From an uncultured Aureispira sp. (GTDB lineage: Bacteria > Bacteroidota > Bacteroidia > Chitinophagales > Saprospiraceae): a stretch of DNA of 64,000 bases. Shown here piece by piece: positions 59,044-64,000 of this stretch (position 1 is its first letter; the number at the start of each line of letters is the position of its first letter). The notes under the pieces were generated by a model. The model searched no databases. It had not been told where the DNA came from and saw nothing but the letters and a program-made list of their open reading frames with translations. Location of the stretch: contig CAJQOX010000088.1 of assembly GCA_905480075.1 (NCBI GenBank), forward strand, positions 7,675 to 71,674. Reading direction: 5' to 3'. Both the position numbers and the translations under genes were made by a program.

Positions 59044-60264
59044 ATGCCTGAAAAAAAATTAATATACCTTGATAACAATGCAACTACTCCGCTTGACCCC
59101 AGGGTTTTAGAAGCAATGTTGCCTTATTTTACTCAACATTTTGGAAACGCAGCAAGCCGGAATCATCCCTTTGGTTGGGCTGCTGAAGGTGCAGTAGATA
59201 CAGCAAGAGAACAAATAGCAGATTTGATTGGAGCTGACCCACGCGAAATAATCTTTACCTCCGGTGCTACGGAAGCTGATAACCTTGCTATAAAAGGGGT
59301 TGCAGAAATGTATAAACGTAAAGGTAATCATATTATTACGCTCGAAACTGAACATAAAGCGGTTTTGGATACCTGCAAAAAACTTGAAAAAGAAGGCTGC
59401 GAGGTTACTTACCTCAAAGTACAAAGAAATGGCCTAGTTGACCTTAAAGAACTTAAGGCTGCGATCCGGCCTGATACAATTCTTGTTTCAATTATGTTTG
59501 CCAACAATGAAATTGGCGTTGTTCAGCCAATGAAAGCTATCGCAGATATATGTGCAGAAAACAAAGTGCTATTTATGTCTGATGCCACTCAGGCAGTAGG
59601 TAAAATACCTGTAAATGTAAAAGAACTCGGTATTCATATCATGGCTTTTACCGGGCATAAAATGTATGGCCCTAAAGGAGTAGGTGTTCTTTATGTATCC
59701 CGCAAAGGACCCCGTGTGAAAGTTACTTCTCAAATGGATGGCGGCGGTCATGAACGTGGAATGCGTTCAGGTACATTGAATGTTCCTGGAATAGTAGGAA
59801 TGGGTAAGGCTTGTGAGATTTGCAAAAATGAAATGGAAGCGGATGCTGAAAGATTGGAGAAGTTAAGAGATAAGCTGGAAACTGAACTGATGAAAATGGA
59901 AGAAGTTGTATTTAACGGACACCTTGACTACAGAATGCCTCATATGACCAACCTTTCTTTCAAACACGTTGAAGGGGAAGGTCTGATGATGACTTTTAAT
60001 CAAAATATCGCTTTATCCTCCGGTTCAGCTTGTACCTCTGCTTCGCTGGAACCTTCTTATGTGTTGAAAGCACTTGGCCTTGGTGACGACCTTGCACACT
60101 CTTCCCTCCGTATAAGCCTTGGGCGTTTTACCAAAGAAGAAGATATTGATTTTGCTATCGAAGCTATAAGGAACGGTGTAAATCACATGAGAGAACTTTC
60201 TCCAATCTGGGAAATGTTCAAAGAAGGTATTGACCTTGACTCTGTTCAATGGAGCGAACATTAA
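59044..60264 (+). CDS. iscS: Cysteine desulfurase (IscS/NifS type)
   Basis: PLP-lysine region [13 protein letters not shown], active-site loop [21 protein letters not shown] and a length of 406 aa. Confidence 0.9.
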   Translation: MPEKKLIYLDNNATTPLDPRVLEAMLPYFTQHFGNAASRNHPFGWAAEGAVDTAREQIADLIGADPREIIFTSGATEADNLAIKGVAEMYKRKGNHIITLETEHKAVLDTCKKLEKEGCEVTYLKVQRNGLVDLKELKAAIRPDTILVSIMFANNEIGVVQPMKAIADICAENKVLFMSDATQAVGKIPVNVKELGIHIMAFTGHKMYGPKGVGVLYVSRKGPRVKVTSQMDGGGHERGMRSGTLNVPGIVGMGKACEICKNEMEADAERLEKLRDKLETELMKMEEVVFNGHLDYRMPHMTNLSFKHVEGEGLMMTFNQNIALSSGSACTSASLEPSYVLKALGLGDDLAHSSLRISLGRFTKEEDIDFAIEAIRNGVNHMRELSPIWEMFKEGIDLDSVQWSEH

Positions 60265-60319
60265 AATATTAATTTATTAAATAACAATCAAGCTGTTTGT
60301 CAGCTCAAAATATATTATT

Positions 60320-60706
60320 ATGGCTTATTCAGAAAAATTGCTCGATCACTTCAAGAAACCTAAAAACGTTGGAACACTCAACAAGGACAAAAAAAATGTC
60401 GGTACAGGCCTTGTCGGTGCTCCTGAATGTGGTGATGTTATGAGACTTCAGATTGAAGTTGACGAAGAATCAGGTGTAATTAAAGATGCTAAATTTAAAA
60501 CTTTCGGTTGCGGTTCTGCTATCGCATCCTCTTCTCTTGCCACCGAGTGGCTTAAAGGGAAAACTATTGAGGAAGCGGCATCAATTGATAATATGGATAT
60601 TGTAGAAGAGTTGGAATTACCTCCTGTTAAAATTCATTGTTCTGTCCTTGCAGAAGATGCTATTAAATCTGCTATTAAGGACTATCAGGATAAGAACGGC
60701 CTCTGA
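60320..60706 (+). CDS. iscU: Fe-S cluster assembly scaffold protein
   Basis: GAPECGDVMRLQI, FKTFGCGSAIASSS and IHCSVLAEDAI with the three conserved cysteines. Confidence 0.92.
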   Translation: MAYSEKLLDHFKKPKNVGTLNKDKKNVGTGLVGAPECGDVMRLQIEVDEESGVIKDAKFKTFGCGSAIASSSLATEWLKGKTIEEAASIDNMDIVEELELPPVKIHCSVLAEDAIKSAIKDYQDKNGL

Positions 60707-60732
60707 TTTTATTATAAATTAAATTTAATTAG

Positions 60733-61062
60733 ATGATTTTTGTTTCAGATAATGCAAAGAAACAGATTGTTAAAATTATCACTACAAATGAGAAAATTGA
60801 TGACTCTTATTTTGTAAGGGTAAGTGTTACAAGTGGTGGTTGTTCGGGACTTAGCTATAATATGGATTTTGATAATGAATCTCAACCCGAAGATCAGGTC
60901 TTTGAAGATAACGGAGTGAAAGTAGTTACTGACCTTAAAAGCTTTTTGTATTTGTTCGACTCAACCTTAGAGTTTTCTGGAGGTCTTGATGGCAAAGGCT
61001 TTCAGTTTGTCAACCCTAACGCTTCCCGGACCTGTGGTTGTGGAGAAAGTTTTGCTGTTTAA
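60733..61062 (+). CDS. iscA: Iron-sulfur cluster insertion protein (HesB/IscA/ErpA family)
   Basis: GGCSG in the N-terminal half and the C-terminal CGCGESF motif. Length is 109 aa. Confidence 0.85.
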   Translation: MIFVSDNAKKQIVKIITTNEKIDDSYFVRVSVTSGGCSGLSYNMDFDNESQPEDQVFEDNGVKVVTDLKSFLYLFDSTLEFSGGLDGKGFQFVNPNASRTCGCGESFAV

Positions 61063-61084
61063 TCAATTATAAAATTAATCCGAA

Positions 61085-61113
61085 CCAATTCAAATTGCGA
61101 TGTACTGAATTGG
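61085..61113 (+). other. Hairpin downstream of iscA (possible terminator, no T-run)
   Basis: CCAATTCA pairs with TGAATTGG around a 13-nt loop. Confidence 0.3.
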
Positions 61114-61169
61114 CCTGTACTTGCCTTTCCTGTCAGGTGAAATACAACTTGATATCCTCCTCTTAAGGA

Positions 61170-61361
61170 TTTCATTAATCAACAGCATCCAATCATGTTT
61201 TATCGTCAGCGATATAGAATAGTGCTACGCAGTAGAGCAGACTGTTGTTGCTGTTTTTTTAGCAACAGCGGGCTGAGTGATGAACGAATATATTAAAGAC
61301 TAAATGTCTTTCTTGTATGAAGTGAATCCCTCGCTATGCAAGGCAGCGCCCGGACACCCTT
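61170..61361. repeat. Intergenic repeat element, copy B (with a ~43-nt internal insertion relative to copy A)
   Basis: Homologous to 19201-19334. The central hairpin is CTGTTGTTGCT (61242-61252) paired with AGCAACAGCGG (61261-61271). The extra segment carries its own small hairpin, AAAGAC/GTCTTT. Confidence 0.7.
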
Positions 61362-61409
61362 CAAAAGAAATTAAAAAAAAGAGTTGCTTGAATAAAAACC
61401 GGATGTCTT

Positions 61410-63197
61410 CTATTTGCCGAATCGATTTCTTCTGATCGTAGTATAAAACAGACCAAATATAACCAGGATGATTATAGGAACAATTAAATTAATTACCTGC
61501 CATTTTGTTTCTTCTCTGAATGCCCTCTCCTGATCCATAGGGCGCAATTTTATCTCCTTATTTCTTGCAGCAATGATCCCTTTATTGTCAATCATATATT
61601 CAATGCAGTTCATCAGAAAATCATTATTGCCATAGATGAAATTATCATATCGGTTTAAACCCAGTTCCATAGGCCTGCCCTTAGGGTGTTCTTTTGTTCT
61701 GTATATATCTCCCCTTTGGGTTCTGTAAACATCGTTTTTAATGATGTCACCGTCTGAAATCACCACCATTTTTGTAGAAACGCCTTCTTCCTTATATGGC
61801 TGTCCCATGGTATTTAGCGCTAAGCGCATGCTGTCAGGCACCCGGTTTTTATAATAAGAAGAGAAAGCCCCTTCAAGTAATACGGCAACATTCTGATTTC
61901 CTTTTGTAAAGGCTTCCTGCCCGATTCCCTGATCTAAAATACCAAAGTTTACCCTTACAGGGGGGTATTGAACTTTACTGTATTTTGACGTTCTCAACAA
62001 AGGTGTTTTTTTGATGTATTTTTCAGTCTTAATAGTATCAATACTTGCAGGGTAACGGGAATCTACAAATTCAAGGTTTTGAACGATTGGATGTTGAATG
62101 TTGTTTTCTCCTGTTTCCTGAGCATCTAAGGGGGTCATGTAGGGTTTTAGCTTAGGGTGGTAAAACCATTTTCTTGCTTTGATATCCGGTTGTCCGGGAA
62201 TAGCGCTTACATCTATAGGAATGACAGTAGATTCCCAGTCAAGAACAAGATTTTGGTTTATTCTTGCACCATAACTAAATAATAGGTTGCTAATGTCAAG
62301 CTTGTGTTCGTTTGGCATGAATGCCCCCCGCCTTCTCATGCTATCCAGTTCCATGTTCAATGCGTCAACAAGCCAAATTACTTTGCCGCCATTCATTACG
62401 TATTGGTCAATCATAAACAAATGTTTGTCACCAAAAGGCTTTAAAGGCTTAGGGATTATCAGAACATGTACATTTGTATCAATGTAGGTTACCTTGTCCA
62501 GGTCAAGCCGCCATATATCGTAATATTCAAACATCGATGCCTCAAAGGATTCTGTCCAAGGTCTCTGTAATTCCCCATGTCCTGTCAGGAGTAAAACCCT
62601 TGGGCGTGTTTTGATTTGAAGTTTATGAATAGCATTGGCAAATTTATATTCCAAAAGATTTATTGAAGAATTAATTTCTTCTGCTTTTGAAAAATCCGTA
62701 TTGTATTTTCCTGTGCTTTCTAAAAGCTTGATGATCATTTTATCCCCTTTGTATCTGACCACAGCATAAGGGAAAACCAACATTTTTTTACGAACAGCAC
62801 CACCCCTTCCGGTATTGGTAAGGTTTATCGGATATATGCCATCTTTTTGAAGTCTTTCTCCGTTTTCTATGTTTTCTTCTTTTGTGCCGGACATAGGGTT
62901 GACCCATCTGACATTTATCATAGAACTGTTGCTTCTTAATTTGGTGATAAGGTCTGAGGTGGCCGATTGCAGTCTTTTAAAAGAAGAAGGAAAGTCCCCC
63001 TCAAGTAATATCTCTATTGTAACGGCATCATCCAGTTCTTCTACAAGTTTGTAGGTTGCTTCATTTAAAGTAAAACGCTTGTCTTCTGTTAAATCGATAG
63101 CTGAATAATAAAAGCTGGCTATAATATTAACGAAAATCAAAATTCCAATCAGAAGAGTCAGATTCAGAAGTGATTTAATAAAACTTGAATTTTGCAT
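61410..63197 (-). CDS. gldG: Gliding-associated ABC transporter auxiliary component GldG
   Basis: A ~595-aa protein with one N-terminal and one C-terminal TM segment flanking a large periplasmic domain. It lies immediately downstream of the gldF-like permease. Confidence 0.78.
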   Translation of the reverse strand: MQNSSFIKSLLNLTLLIGILIFVNIIASFYYSAIDLTEDKRFTLNEATYKLVEELDDAVTIEILLEGDFPSSFKRLQSATSDLITKLRSNSSMINVRWVNPMSGTKEENIENGERLQKDGIYPINLTNTGRGGAVRKKMLVFPYAVVRYKGDKMIIKLLESTGKYNTDFSKAEEINSSINLLEYKFANAIHKLQIKTRPRVLLLTGHGELQRPWTESFEASMFEYYDIWRLDLDKVTYIDTNVHVLIIPKPLKPFGDKHLFMIDQYVMNGGKVIWLVDALNMELDSMRRRGAFMPNEHKLDISNLLFSYGARINQNLVLDWESTVIPIDVSAIPGQPDIKARKWFYHPKLKPYMTPLDAQETGENNIQHPIVQNLEFVDSRYPASIDTIKTEKYIKKTPLLRTSKYSKVQYPPVRVNFGILDQGIGQEAFTKGNQNVAVLLEGAFSSYYKNRVPDSMRLALNTMGQPYKEEGVSTKMVVISDGDIIKNDVYRTQRGDIYRTKEHPKGRPMELGLNRYDNFIYGNNDFLMNCIEYMIDNKGIIAARNKEIKLRPMDQERAFREETKWQVINLIVPIIILVIFGLFYTTIRRNRFGK

Positions 63198-63214
63198 TTT
63201 TTTTTATTTTGATA

Positions 63215-63946
63215 TTACCACTTTCTTTTCTCAAGGACAAATTTTGTACATCCCAAAAAACCAATAATCATTGCTGCAAAATAAATGACATCCCTCGAAT
63301 CAATTAATCCCCGGCTGATAGAAGCATAGTGGTAATTGATTCCGATTGACTCAACAATAGCATCGGCCTTAGCATAAAAAATTTCCAAACGGGCAAAGCT
63401 GGAAAAAGCATCATAGAAAAATCCGCAAAGAAATAAACTTATCATAAAGGCTATGATTTGATCGTTGGTAATGGAAGAGCTAAAAATGCCAATGGCAACA
63501 AATACAGCTCCAAGACCAAACAACCCCAGATAGGAACCCCATGTTGTACCTACGTCAAGGTTGCCTTTCGGCATGCCAAGCTGATAGACAGAGTAATAAT
63601 ATATCAGTGTGGGAAGGATAGATAGCATGACCAGAAAAACACAAGCAAAATATTTACCCAGAATTATCTCCCAGTCACTAATTGGCCTGGTAGCCAACAG
63701 TTCCATTGTGCCGGTCTGTGTTTCTTCTGCAAAGGTACGCATAGTAATTGCCGGAATCAGAAACAAGAATATGTAGGGGGCCATCCTGAAAAAGGAATCA
63801 AGACTTGAAAATCCGTAGGTAATTACACTGTAATCAGGGAAAACCCAAAAAAATAATCCTGTAGCAACTAAAAATACGCCTATTGATATATACCCAATGA
63901 GTGAGCTTAAAAACAGGTTGACTTCTTTTTTAAAAATACTTAACAT
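63215..63946 (-). CDS. gldF: Gliding motility-associated ABC transporter permease GldF
   Basis: A ~240-aa ABC-2-type permease with six hydrophobic segments, directly upstream of the gldG-like gene. The gldA-like ATPase would lie beyond the window edge. Confidence 0.78.
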   Translation of the reverse strand: MLSIFKKEVNLFLSSLIGYISIGVFLVATGLFFWVFPDYSVITYGFSSLDSFFRMAPYIFLFLIPAITMRTFAEETQTGTMELLATRPISDWEIILGKYFACVFLVMLSILPTLIYYYSVYQLGMPKGNLDVGTTWGSYLGLFGLGAVFVAIGIFSSSITNDQIIAFMISLFLCGFFYDAFSSFARLEIFYAKADAIVESIGINYHYASISRGLIDSRDVIYFAAMIIGFLGCTKFVLEKRKW

Positions 63947-64000
63947 CTTTATTATTCTGCTGTGGTGATTTACAGGGTTGTTCTTATTTATTTCATTTGT

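Noticed and set aside
1-64000. Search by eye for tRNA/rRNA/tmRNA genes, CRISPR arrays, transposases, integrases, phage genes, toxin-antitoxin pairs and known defence genes
   Set aside because: No T-arm-like GGTTCGAA-type motifs occur in intergenic DNA and there are no spaced short direct repeats. No ORF has DDE, tyrosine-recombinase, serine-recombinase or Cas-like motifs. A covariance-model or HMM scan would be needed to make this negative result firm.
63947-64000. Possible 3' end of a gldA-like ABC ATPase gene upstream of gldF
   Set aside because: At most a few codons of any upstream gene fall inside the window (stops occur in two frames within the last 15 nt). Nothing can be supported from this sequence alone.

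Overview
This window is an AT-rich chromosomal segment from a gliding member of the Bacteroidota. That assignment rests on gldD/gldE, gldF/gldG, two proteins with T9SS C-terminal sorting domains, lipoprotein-rich genes and TAnnTTTG-type promoter boxes. About 50 protein genes are packed with short intergenic gaps. Most are housekeeping: secA 3' end, nadB, trmB, panD, a fused 2-oxoacid dehydrogenase E1, mnmG, lysS, aroE, serC, rlmB-like, ssb, mutY, uvrD and iscS-iscU-iscA. The rest are envelope genes: a TonB-like protein, an O-antigen-ligase-like protein, outer-membrane barrels, an OmpA/PD40 protein, an amidase and an ECF sigma/FecR/TonB-dependent receptor module. By eye I found no tRNA, rRNA, CRISPR array, transposase, integrase, phage gene, toxin-antitoxin pair or recognisable defence gene. 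I found no convincing new multi-gene system, and most of the window looks ordinary. Seven observations seem worth a second look. (1) A two-copy intergenic element whose central hairpin has exchanged arms but conserved loop and flanks. (2) A T9SS surface protein with an unassignable ~160-aa module nested twice inside Ig-like repeats; the two copies are conserved through purely synonymous divergence. (3) Three tandem 681-bp coding repeats in a DUF4397/T9SS protein. (4) A 55-bp duplicate of the E1 gene 3' end, with a strong hairpin between the two copies. (5) A three-TM plus cNMP-binding protein translationally coupled to a CxxC peroxiredoxin-like protein. (6) A serpin lipoprotein and a signal-peptide-less neutral ceramidase homolog. 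(7) A Cys-rich lipoprotein gene terminated 16 nt before a TTG-initiated ECF sigma gene. All functional calls come from motif recognition in the translated ORFs; no database search was possible.
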